From Lama glama (Eukaryota), in assembly GCA_028534125.1 (NCBI GenBank), contig CM052832.1:21764001-21828000 (forward strand): a stretch of DNA of 64,000 bases. The letters are read 5' to 3'. How positions within the stretch are numbered: position 1 is the stretch's first letter; every line of letters starts with the position of its first letter. A program made the translations under genes and the position numbers. Under the pieces are notes generated by a model, which was not told where the DNA came from, ran no database searches, and saw only the letters and a program-made list of their open reading frames with translations. Positions 28,531-40,600 of the stretch are shown here, in pieces.

Positions 28531-31500
28531 CTATCTCTTTCTAGCCTTTCTCCTGCCATTCATTCCCTTATTCAAAACACCACCACAATGATCCGCTGAT
28601 CATTCTCTGTATAAGATACGGCCTTTCAAAATTCAATACCACTGGTCATGATGGGGGAAGGCGGTCTACCTCCTTAAAATGCCTTTGAACTCACCTATAA
28701 GATAAACTCTGCCAGACAGTCTAGACACCTGCTATGAAAACTCCTAACTCACTCACACAGCCCATACCCCTCCTAAATAACTTTGTTCACTCCTTTACTG
28801 TTGTACTTACAATGTTATGATTTCATTGTTTCATTTCACTGATGCTTGTTTTACTCTCTCTCTCCTGTGAGATTCTCAAGGGCAGACACCAAATGAACAC
28901 ACCTTTCAATCCTCTGCACTTATTAACAAGCATCAAATCATGTTTCTTGAGTGAAAAATTGTCCACAAACAGGGTCTTTACTTTTTTTTAAAGAACAAAC
29001 ATAAAAGATTTTTACATATGAAATAAAAAAATAATCTTTCTAAATGATAAAAAGCATCTCTGAGTATTTATAACTAATGTATATCCTCACCATATAATTT
29101 ATGAACTGACATGAAGAAAGTGAACCATTCTACTCAATTAACTTTAAGGTTTCTTTAATAATATGTCTAAATTTGAGTGTCTTTAGATTTTTTGCTTTTT
29201 TATTCAAATTCCAAGTTATTCTACCTTCCTCAAACTAAGTAATTTTATCAGAAAAATGGTCAGCAAGATGCACTTTTTAGTTAGAGCAATGGTATATCCT
29301 GTAACATGCTAGAATTTGAAATGTCTTTTCAAAACCAGTCTTTTCTTTATATATAATTACATAAAGAAGAATTTAGAAAATTTAAGATTAAAACCCCATC
29401 CTAATGCTGCCTAAAATTTCCAAGTGGGCCACTCATTTAAAGGCATTCATTAAACTAGCATTTGAAAGTTCTGCAACTTGATGATAATCACTTCACAGGT
29501 ATGAACCAACAGTGCCATCAACTGTTCTTATGAATGATCTTTCCCAAATACAGTGTATAAATACACTAAAAATAGATTACATTAAAATTTTATTTTTACA
29601 GTATTTAAATGAAAATAAGGTATTTGGGGATTTCATTAAAGACATCAAAAAAAAAAAAGCCACAAATTTCAAGACAACTAGTTCTGGAATAAAAGTAAAA
29701 ATGTGACAAGTTCAAAGCTGCCATAAACACTTCAATTTCACACATTTAATTGTTTGAGATAAGTTCTGCTTCATTCATGGTCCAAATTAACTAATTTTCT
29801 CCACAAAATAATCATCTATATTGAGAGAGAAGTAAAGAGGATTCTATTCCAGCTCAGCTGGAAAGCTTTTTCTGCATTCAAGTAACACTGCTGTTACTGA
29901 AATGTTAAAATACTTTCGAAGTAAATATTGTGAGCAAGTTTATTTGTCAAACATTCACCTAAAACTGAACCAGTGAAATGGGAGATTGAGGATCTGTTGA
30001 TGAATCAGACAAACTCCTGACTTTATGTTCCAGTACCAGTACCTCTCCTGCCCAGAGTACACAGGATGAAGAGGAAGGAAGGGAAGAAGTGGTCTTGGAG
30101 AATGCTGATGGAGCAATCCTAAGGAAAACACTTACCAAAGTGCCCATAATGCCAGGCTACACATACGGTAGGTAGCATGTGTCCACGTTAAAAAAGAGAT
30201 CGGCTCTTAGAGGTTACCCAGTTTCTCTGAGTCACGCAGCTAGAGAGTAACAGTGTCTATGACTCCAACCCCCAGTGGCCGAGCACTCCCCCATGTGCCA
30301 TGAACTCTGCCGTCTTCTCTGCAAGAGGCTGGTGCCACATTCCAGGCTCATTAACCTTTCTACTGTGTGGCTGACACTGCATCTCACAGTGGGGCGGTAA
30401 GAGGACATCTGTGTATCTCACACCTCTTAAACTCGGAGGCCTAAGGAGGCACTGCAGTGCACCCTCGCCTCTAGCAGAGTGTCATGCTGGGACCCAAAAG
30501 CATTCCCCAGAGTACAGAACAGAGTAAGACTCAAATCATCCCTATACAGGGGCTATAATTAACTCTTGCTTACAGCTGCATGTTCTCGATTATTTCAGTC
30601 TATGTTAGTTACCCATTGACTTGGGAAATCTTTATTTTTGTATATGTCATAGTATCTAACACAATACCTGGTAGTGTGGTAGGCAGATAAAAATTACATT
30701 TTCCAATGTATTTTGATTATGTCTAGTTAGTAACTATTTTATATTTTAATCATCAGGACCACAAAGATAACAACATGTTATTAGTAGTAACTATATTTCT
30801 CTGAAAACAACTGCACCTTATATGAAATCAATTTGCATTCTTGTTATTTCATTCATTCACCTAGCACTGGAATAGAGACTGATAAATTCTGGACATTACA
30901 GAAAAAAATCTTAAAACATCTGAGTGAGTTTGTTTTCCCCAAGCTAAGATGTTACAAGGGGGGAAAAGTAACAGATACTTTAAAAAGTGATAATAAATTC
31001 AAGGATGCAATCTCAAAGAAAATTACATTCCCCTTAAAGGCTCCTGTATACCATTATTTTATGTCTGACAGATGGCAAGTAACAAGAAAGACAAGATAAA
31101 TTTTAAAAGAGAAAGTACCGGTAAAGCATTACAGGGTCAGACAGTATTTTCTAAGATGTGTTTAGCCCAGGGGAGGATTATCCCTTCAAACTAGGGATAA
31201 TGTGATAGCAGTATCTGAAAAATGATATAACTTGTATCAGAACTGCTAAGCAGCATCCAACTCTTGGCTCTGGAAGAACGAAAATTGCCAAGGGATTGTC
31301 AAAAATGATTACTTTAATAGTGACAGAGAAGGCAAAATAAAGCACAGATTTTCTTTATGGCCAATTTCTGATATTTTACATTTTGTCCCCTACATTACCT
31401 TCCGTCTGTCTCCACACTGCATTCTCCCTCCTAGAAAAAATAAGGCAGTCACACAAATGGAGTCCCCTGACAGAAACTGCACTTTTCAACAGCTCGCTCC

Positions 31501-32814
31501 TTTCTTTAATGCACATGTTGACTCCCTATTACACTGACCACAGCACTTGGTTGATATTTTTCTACATCAATGTCCACAGATTTCCTACTCTGCTGTGCTT
31601 TAGAACTACGACCTTACTCTACCAATTGAATGAAAAAGATTAAACACTCTGGCGTGAATCTTTAAATTTCCTGTCTTTACATCAGAAACTAGATTATTTC
31701 TGGCCAAATATTTAATGAGAATCTCAGATTAGATATAGCTTCCAGTTTATAGAAAATACATAGGTTAGAATACCAAGTGAACACCACCACCAAACAGAGG
31801 AAAAGGGGGAAGAAGAAAATTGACAAATCCCAGAAGGCAGGGGATGTTCTGATGGAGAACTGCCTGTATCTCAAGTCAGTGGCATCAAAGAGGCTACCGG
31901 ACATCAACCCAGACATAAAGGGACAGGGCACAGAGCACGCACCCTCTGTTCTGCCTGACCGCGTGGAGGAACCGAATGGCTTTCTCTAAATTACATCAGT
32001 CAAGACCTTTAAGAAAACTCAAACTTACATCCTTTACTTCTATCTCTAAGGAAGCATAGAAGTGTCTCTTTCTTTCCAACACTTAGCCTTTCTAACTATG
32101 TATATAATCCTGTTTAAACAGTTTCTTCTTTCAATGGAGTTCTAATCCTTACTCCTCGGCCTCAAAACAAGCTCAGACAGAAAAATCTATTCCCTAAAGA
32201 CCACCTCTCTTACTTAATAGTCGAGCTCCTCCAAAGAGCAATCCTCCTGTGGCAATCCCTACTAGTTTCCAACGACATTTCCAGTTTTCCCACTCTTCCG
32301 AAATGGCTCACCTCTCCCAGCATTATTTCTCCTTAAGAAATGTGAAGTTATAGATACTTATTACACTGCATATGCATAAAACCTTCACCTCTGATTAATT
32401 CTATTTCACACATAATTCCTCTGTCTCCTCCTATTTCCTACACACAGGCACTGATCACCTTCAGTGACCTCCACTCTCACCACTCCACTAACTAAGACTT
32501 CTTTTTGGCCTTGTATTTCTGTCTCCAACCATCCTCTGCAACTTCCAAGTCCCTGGTTACAAATAAATCAATTGGAGAATGCCAAAGCCCATCTTCTTAA
32601 CCATTACACAGTTCTGCCACCCTTGCTTCTATATTCCCAAAACTACCAATCAAGCTCTCATTCCTTCCTGGCTGGGCTGCTACAGGAAACATGAGCAAGA
32701 AACATGAGTGATCTACAGATGCTGAAATTTCATTTCAAATGTCACTATAATGCAAAGATTATCCTGCTCCCACCAGACGCCTCCCTGTCGACCATACAAG
32801 ATACTACTTGCTGT

Positions 32815-32985
32815 CATTTACTAGCTGGAGGACAACATGAAGTCACTTAACCTCTCTGTAACTTAGTTTCCTCATCTATTAAAAAATCTCATGAAGCAGT
32901 TGTGAGGATTAAATACAGGAAAAAACATACAATTACCAGAATTGTGTCTGGCACACATTAAGCACTCGAGATACACTAGCAACAA
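32815..32985 (+). mobile_element. MIR SINE
   Basis: AAGTCACTTAACCTCTCTG..AGTTTCCTCATCTAT..GTTGTGAGGATTAAAT..GTCTGGCACACATTAAGCACTC. Confidence 0.85.
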
Positions 32986-33444
32986 TTAACCTCATTCTCG
33001 ACTGTATTTCAGAGTCATGTCCATATAGCTGTCTTATCCTCCCACTAGAAAAATAAGTGCCTATTCATGTCTACAGGGAGTCTTAACCCACAGAGACAGT
33101 CCAGACATAAGACGTATATTAGGCAAATGGTGGCTAACAAAAAACAAGAACAGTGTAAACTGTAACAAGGCACCAAGTGGGCCAAATTTAAAATATCCAA
33201 TACAACAAGCATAATAAGTAAGATGAATACTTGAACATAAAATTAAGACAGAGTATAAAGAGAAAAGATAAATGTTATTTAAGAAGTAAAGGTACTCTTA
33301 TATACCCTTGATCAGATAAGTGGTCCTCTTAGTTCATCCACAACCTAGCATGACCAGAAATTTTCAACTTCTTCCTTGGCTAAAGAGAATAATATATTCC
33401 TTTTAAATTTTAAGTTAGAACTGTAACAAAGCATAACAACTTTT

Positions 33445-34537
33445 AGCCAACAAGGACATGAAAAGATGCTCAACATTGCTAATTATTAGAGAAATGCAAA
33501 TCAAAACTAAAATGAGATATCACCTTGTACCAGTCAGAATGGCCATCATTAAAAAGTCTACAAATAATAAATGCTGGAGAGGGTGTGGAGAAAAAGGAAC
33601 CCTCTTACACTGCTGGTGGGAATGTAAATTGGTACAGCCATTATGGATGACAGTATGGAGGTTCTTCAAAAACTAAAAATAGAGTTACCATATGATCCAG
33701 CAATTCCACTCCTGGGCATTTATCTGGAGAAAACTGTAATTCAAAAAGATATATGCACCCCAATGTTCACAGAAGCACTATTTACAATAGCCAAGACATG
33801 GAAACAACCTAAATGTACATCAACAGAGGATTGGATAAAGAAGCTGTGATTATATTTATACAATGTAATACTACTCAGCCATAAAAAGATTAAAATAATG
33901 CCATTTGCAGCAATACAGATGGACCTAGAGATTGTCATTCTAAGTGAAATAAGCCAGAAAGAGAAAGAAAAATACCATATGATATTGCTCATATGTGGAA
34001 TCTAAAAAAGAAAAACAAAGACACTACTGAACTTACCTAAAAAACAGAAACAGACTCACAGACATAGAGAACAAACCTATGGTTATCAGGAGGCAAGGGG
34101 GCTGGGAAGGGATAAACTGGGAGTTTGAGATTTGCAGATACTAACTACTATATATAAAATAAATAAACAGTAAGTTTCTTCTGTATAGCACACGGAACTA
34201 TATTCAATATCTTGTAATAACCTATAATGAAAAAGAGTATGAAAATGAATATATGTATGCATATGTATGACTGAAACATTATGCTGTACACCAGAAATTG
34301 ACACACTGTAAACTGACTGTACTTCAATAATAAAATAAAATATGAATAATAAATAAATAAAATAGATAAACAAGTTTCTACTGTATAGCACAGGGAAGTA
34401 AATTCAATATCTTACAGTAACCTATAATCAAAAGGAATATGAAAACAAATACATGTATGTATAGGTACGACTGAAACAGTATGCTATATACCAGAAACTA
34501 ACATAAAATTGTATACTGACTATACTTCAAGAAAAAA
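33445..34537 (+). mobile_element. Relatively young lineage L1, 5'-truncated: ORF2 C-terminus (Cys-rich domain, frameshifted) plus 3' UTR with duplicated terminal segment
   Basis: ORFs 33458-33676 and 33643-33849 encode L1 ORF2 C-terminus ([36 protein letters not shown]). Possible degenerate TSD AAAGCATAA(C/A)AA(C/T)TTT at ~33428 and ~34556. Confidence 0.95.
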
Positions 34538-35964
34538 GGATCCAAGTTTTTTTAAAAAGCATAAAAATTTTGTAGAGTTTAACAGTAACTTAGATAATTT
34601 ACCAATACGTGTAATAAGATTTGCTGCAAATGGGATCCTTTTCCTAAATGATAAACAAAAAATTTATATGAAACATATATATCCATATTTCATTTGAAAG
34701 AGATAAAACTGAAAAGTTGAAAGATTTTGATGGGGATGATACTTTTCACTCAAAAGAAAATTATCAGTAGAACTCTTTTAAAACATTTAAACGTAAATGA
34801 AAAAAAACAATGAGCTCTGCAGGCAATTAAAAAAATGAAATTCAAGGTAAAGATGTTAAGAGTGATATTGCCAACCAACACTCATGGAGATACTTTCATC
34901 TGAGAACAAGTGATAAGGCTCCAGCGAATTCAGGAAAATGATCAGTAGCCAGAGAAGTTCAGAAACTCTTATCTCAATGAGTGATGGAATGGACTGAATT
35001 CTCTTCATAGCAAAAGAATACTTGTTCATTGACTCACCTAAAGGGCAATTCTTCACTGTAAAATGAAAGATGTGAGAGGATGAGAGTGAAAGGAAATATC
35101 CAGTGAGCTTTTAAAAAGTCTAGAGCCTCATTTTAAGAGGAGAAAAATTCAAATGCACATGAAAAGTTTTAGCCTCATGCTTTTTAAATTTAAAGTCCAT
35201 TTAAAATGGCTACCAAAGGCAAATTTTGAGAAATGTATGGCAAAATAAATCAGTCATAGCTTTAAAGTACTTTCAGAAACAACAAAGCTTACAACTTAGT
35301 GGAAAATATAAACTACACGTTCTGAGATAATCAAGTAAATAGGGAAGTTTGTAGATACACATGGGAAGGAGGGATGGGGCAGGAATAAGCAGCCAGCCAG
35401 AGAATGGGGCACACACCTGTGTCGGGCAGGATTACCCCCAAGTGAGTGGAGAAACGGTAAGACGCAAGGGGACCCTTACGGCACGCAGAGAGGCCTGTGG
35501 TTGAGACAGAGAAGGACCGTGATTTGAGCCTGAGAACTTCAAGTAGTTCAGTTTGTCTGAATAGTGGAGTGTGGGTGTGGAGCGACAAAATGGAGAAGTA
35601 CAAAGACTGGAAAAATAAAGCATCTTTGAAAACTGGCATCCAATAGCTCGAAAGTAGCTGCAAAGTCACCTTGATCCTAACATGGTGGATTCTCACATAA
35701 TAGAGTTTGACAGGCCCTAAAATATTAACATACTATTAACATACTTAAAGGAATGTGCCCACCCAAAAAGGAGTTGATCAGTCCTGTATTAAAAAAAAAA
35801 AAGATTCTCAGAAACATTTTGACGTTGCTCTTCAAAAGACACTGTTCAAGAGAAAGTATGCTTAGCCAAACTCCAAGTATTACCGTCCAATCTGGCAAGG
35901 CAATCTGTACTGTGATGAGAGTTTAACGTGATCCCATTAAACTTTCAAATTACATAACCCAATG

Positions 35965-36200
35965 ATTTGATTCAATCACTAAGTGAACATTTATTAAATC
36001 CCTACTGTGTACATTTTTCTGTGTACTAAGGATACAGTGGAAAACAAGAGAGTCATTTCCCTACCCTCGTGGAGCTTACTACATGCCAGTGAGGGGAGGT
36101 GGGCAGTTACAACATAAATGGACCTATGTCTGTTTCAACAGTGAGGAATATTAGCGAGGAAAATGAGGCCAATAGGGAGGAGAGGAAATGCAGGGACGCT
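35965..36200 (-). mobile_element. L2 3' fragment
   Basis: AACATTTATTAAATCCCTACTGTGT..GATACAGTGG..CCCTACCCTCGTGGAGCTTAC. Confidence 0.7.
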
Positions 36201-37470
36201 GCAGTTTTCTACAGGAATTCAGAAGTCAACAACAATGCAGTATGTGAAGGAAGGAGAAGAGAAACAGAGACAGAGGGACCAGCCAACAGCCCGACATGTA
36301 TGACCTGGCTCAGGCTCGAGAGAGTGTATCAGATTTGTCAGTCAGTGTGACAACTCTGCATCTCACTATTCATTTCTGACTCACTCACTAGTCTCTGAGC
36401 CTAATGGGTCCAGGTTTCTGAATCTTCAACATTGAAGGCCAGATGTTGGTCCTGGACAAGTTCACCAAGTCAACTGAAAGTCCCCAAGGGCTTTTAGGGG
36501 AAAAGCAAATGTCTTCTTCAACTGTCCCCAGTCTCTGGCGGCAGCTTGAAGGCTCGCCCAGGAGAAAAGGGGGAACAGCGACAGCTCAGCCACAGGTGCA
36601 CAGGGGGAGGGGAAGGCCCTGGCTTGGAGAGAGGCAGAAAGATGCTGGAGCAGGAAAGAGACGTTCACCTGATCTCAGTGGGAAAGAGCAAGAAGAAAGG
36701 ACAGGGCAGAAGGAGAGCAATTTTTACAAAGAGGGAAGGAAGATAAAATAAAAAAGGAGCATGAAGGCTTAAATCTGTGCGAAATGTAAGGCAGCTGCCT
36801 GAACAGAGGGGACTCCCTGAGGATTAAGGAGTAGAAGGCCTTGGCTCATCAAACTTCCAGACTATGATGATCTAAAGTGTGAAATAAGTTAACTTTTCAG
36901 ATGGAGCCATAATTGAAAGGAACTAAATTCAATAAATGCAAATAAAACCAAGTATGACTAATTACACCAAGAGCTGCAGTCAGGCAGAACTTCAGACTAA
37001 CATGGCAATTAAGAGTACTTGATAATTCAGTCATAAAGCTTATTTTCAGTTGCAGGCTTATAAAAGTAACATTTTAAAATATGCATTTCAGATAGTTTAT
37101 CATCAAAACATAGTTAGGATCTTGGACAACATTTACTATTGAAAAAAACAGTCAAAAATGATGGGTGTATTAACCATTTCACAGAATGAAATACTCTTCT
37201 TAAAAAGATTTTAACCAAAGGCATAGCAAATAAAATCCATGTTTATCACCAAAAAGGAGAAAGTAGAACAATGTTAAAGATTTAACCTTTGCTGCAAATC
37301 TAAGTGTAACTGCATACAAGGAACATCTCATAGGGAACGATATTCATGAGCTTCAGAGCTTTCTGATTTTTCTTTCCCACAGAAACGTTCAACTACTTTT
37401 CTGTCACATGGCCAGGAAGAAAAGCAGAATTCATGGACTATAGGAAAGGGTAAGTTAGAGAGAAGCTTAC

Positions 37471-37591
37471 CCAGTATTGATGGAAATGATCTCTATCAGC
37501 GGATTCTTTCTAATCTTCGGCAAATCTAATCGTGCTCCCCCCAGCCGTTTTCCATTATCCTTTTTCTGACCCAGCAGTCTCACGGAGTGAC
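37471..37591 (-). CDS. CDKAL1: CDKAL1 internal coding exon, 121 nt ([41 protein letters not shown]); about exon 8, ending just before the radical-SAM CxxxCxxC motif in the next exon (outside the window)
   Basis: Minus strand reads ...ctttaattgaag|GTCACTCCGTGAGACTG...TCCATCAATACTGG|gtaagc. The frame is open and joins the upstream exon (AAA G|GT CAC). Peptide recognised as CDKAL1. Confidence 0.97.
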
Positions 37592-38244
37592 CTTCAATTA
37601 AAGCATATAAATATACATTAGCATGAATCACATAACTTCACTTTAATTTACCGCTTTCCAAAAAATGTGTTAATATTTACATTTAACTTTTTCTTTTACG
37701 AAAATAAATAAAAACAACTGAGAGAAGATGTGATCACTGGACCTAAGACATACTACCTAAGGGAAAAGCAGCTGTGTTCGAGTCCTACAGTCAGAAATAC
37801 TTCGCTTATAATATTTGCACATTCCTGCTACACAGATGAGAGAAACAGACACAGATCCTCAGAATGTCATTCCACCAGCTAGGAATGCTCCCTAGCATGG
37901 ACCAGATACGCATATGAAGCAGGAAGGGTTCACCTGGGCACTGGGCCTGCAGGCCAACGGCAAAAGCAGGTTACCTGCTCAAAGCAAACTGTCAATCAAA
38001 GAAGAACAAAAAGGCTGAGAGAAAATGACACCTCAGGGTTGGATTTTTAAGAACGAAGTTTTTAAACTTACTTTTTTAAAAAACATTACAGAAGAAAATC
38101 AAACCACTTCTAAGATTCATGAAAATCCTGAATTAACTACAGAGTTGTAGAAAAGATGGAAGAATAGTACAAAGAGTCCCATCCCCTTCAAATTCCCCAA
38201 TTATTTTCCTCATTTACTTTGCCACTTGCTCTTATACACATATC

Positions 38245-38850
38245 ACTTTAATAACTTTACTGAGGTACATCCTATTCAACTCATGTACTGTAAGTATATA
38301 ATTCAATGATTTTAAACAAACTTAAACAGGTGTACAATCATCATAACCCAGTTTTAGAACATTTCCATCACCCCTCCAAATTCCCTTAAGCTTATTCATA
38401 GTCTGTCCCTGCTCCGACACCAAATATGTTACATTTTGTTAATCTGTCTACCAGCTAATGAACATCTAGATTGTTTCCAATTAACATCTATCATAATAAT
38501 GCTTTTATGAACATCTGAATACAGGTCTCCATGCAGACATATGTGTTCATTTCTCTTGGATGGATTCCTGGCAACAGATTCGCTGGGTCATGTGTTAAAC
38601 TTATATTTAACTTTATAAGAAACAACTGTGTTTCTGAAGTAGTGCTACCATTTTACGTCCTACCAGCAATGTATGAGGGTTTGCATTTCCTCACATCATC
38701 ACCAAGACCACAGACTGTAACTTTTGACAACAGCTATTCTAATGGGTTTATCATTGCCGTATGATTGAATATGCATTCCATAACGACTAATAGTATTGAG
38801 CACTTTTTCATGTGATTATAAGCCAACTAGATTCCTGTTTGGTAAAATAT
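38245..38850 (-). mobile_element. L1M 3' fragment
   Basis: CAGTTTTAGAACATTTCCATCACCCC, TTCATTTCTCTTGGAT, CCAGCAATGTATGAGGGTT and TTGAGCACTTTTTCATGTG. Confidence 0.85.
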
Positions 38851-38851
38851 C

Positions 38852-39035
38852 ATGATGCCTAATTTTATGTGTAAACTTGACTGTGCCACAGGGTGCCCAG
38901 ACATTCAGCTACACATTATTTTGGTGTGTCTGTGATGGTGTTTCTGGATGAGACTGACATTTGAATCAGCAGACTGAGTAAAGCAGACTGCTCTCCCTAA
39001 CACTGTTGAGTGTTATCCACTTAATCGAAGATCTC
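38852..39035 (+). mobile_element. ERVL LTR 5' fragment (MLT2-like)
   Basis: TAATTTTATGTGTAAACTTGACTGTGCCACAGGGTGCCCAGA..GGTGTTTCTGGATGAGA..GACTGAGTAAAGCAGA. Confidence 0.85.
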
Positions 39036-39039
39036 TATG

Positions 39040-40600
39040 ATTTTCCTACATGGGATTCATTAGGTTTTTGGATCCAAAAGTAATGGTCTTCGCCGAGTTT
39101 GGGAAGCTTTCACGCAGCGCTGGTCAAGGCTGCTGTTGTAGTTGCTGCTGTTTACTGCACCTTCTTCCTGCGACTCCCAGGGTGCACTTGCTGGTGCGCC
39201 AGATGTTGTCCCAGAGGCCTCGGAGGCCCTTTTCAATGTTCTGTCCCAGTTGGATAATTTCTCTTGGTCTAGCCACAGATTTACTGCACTCTTCCCTTCA
39301 GCCGTCTCAAACCAGCAGTTGCGCATTTAACGAATGTTTCATTTCAGTTATTGTTCTTTGCGACTCCAGATCTCCTACGGGTTCTTTTTTTATAATTTCT
39401 GTCTTTTTGTGATTCTGTATTCAAGTCACTGTCACCATCCTTTCCTTACATGCTTCTGACATGGTTTCACTTAGTTCTTTGAAGTCTTTGTCTGCTAAAC
39501 CAACAATTCTGGCAACTCACAATCTATACTGCTTTTTTTTCCCCAAAAATATGGTTATACTCAGTTTCTTTGTATGTATCATAGTATTTCGTTGAATACT
39601 GGAAATTTTAGGTAATATATTATAGAAACTCTCAATTCAGGTTTATCCCCCAAAGGTTACTGCTGTCTTTGTTTAGTACTTACCTGGCTAAATCTATTAA
39701 ATCTATGTCTGTGTCTATTAAGTCTAAGCCTGTCCACAATGAATAGTCATTGATCCCCCTTTTTAGTTCGTCTTTTTCCCCTCCCAAGCATAACTTCCCA
39801 GCAGTCAATTCTGCATCTGAACAGCTTTTTGTTAAGCCAGGGACTTAAAACACCTTAAGCCAGTAAGATTCCTACTGTGTGCTGATGGATCTATTTATGA
39901 ACTGAGAGCACCCAAGGTTAGGGCCTTTTCAAGTCTGCCCCACCTTTTACTTTCTCCTGGGCTTGCTCGGGTCCTCCCACCTTCTCAGGATGTGCGTGCA
40001 GCCTCTAGCAGGCGGGTAAGTGCGGGTGGCCTGGGCCCACTCCAGTCCCTGCTGTGCATGTGCACAACCTCCAGGCAACACACAGTTTTCAAAGACTTAT
40101 CAAGCATCCTCTCTCTGACTAACCTTCCAGAAGTCCTGCTAAATCTGTGGCTGGTCTGGCTGTCTATTACTTGTGCCAAAAAAGCCTACAACTTCAAGTG
40201 GGTTGAGCCAGAGACACTCCAGCTCCTACTCTCCCAACCCACCACTCCTGGTCACTTGCCATAAAAATCTCCACGTTAACTAACAATTCTCCAAATCAAA
40301 TGAGCCTCCATGGGAGCAGCGGTGAGGCCACCGGGTCTCACAGCCTGCTCTACCCTGGTTGAACAACCTTGCCCACAGAGCTGAGGAAGGAAAATGGGAG
40401 TAGCCCCAGGCACAAACACCACAACTCACACTGTTCTCACCCAAAGCTCAGCTGTTTTCACAAATAAACACTTCTCAGTTTGCTGACTGCTTTTAGTCAA
40501 TTTCCAGAGTGCCAGGATGACTGGTTTTTGACCATCTGTCCAGCTTTATTGTTGCCTGCGAGGAGATTTGTTGACCTTCTCACACAACTGTACCCCAACC
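39040..40600 (-). mobile_element. Probable old L1 5'/ORF1-region fragments
   Basis: TTTCATTTCAGTTATTGT..CTCCAGA..GGTTCTTTTTTATAATTTCTGTCT, GAAGTCTTTGTCTGCTAA and GTCAATTTCCAGAGT..GGTTTTTGACCA resemble reverse L1M upstream segments. Confidence 0.55.

Larger units (their letters stand above)
1..37470 (-). other. CDKAL1: CDKAL1 long intron (partial, continues past window start)
   Basis: Starts at the gtaagc donor (37470). I did not find the expected next exon (CLNACTYCKTKHARG...) in 1-37470. Confidence 0.85.

Noticed and set aside
33458..33849. ORFs with a Cys/His-rich motif
   Set aside because: Frameshifted L1 ORF2 C-terminal remnants in a 5'-truncated element; not a host gene.
39998..40018. 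CTCF-like motifs (also ~30465 and ~36530)
   Set aside because: Each has mismatches at core positions; not supportable without a PWM scan or ChIP data.
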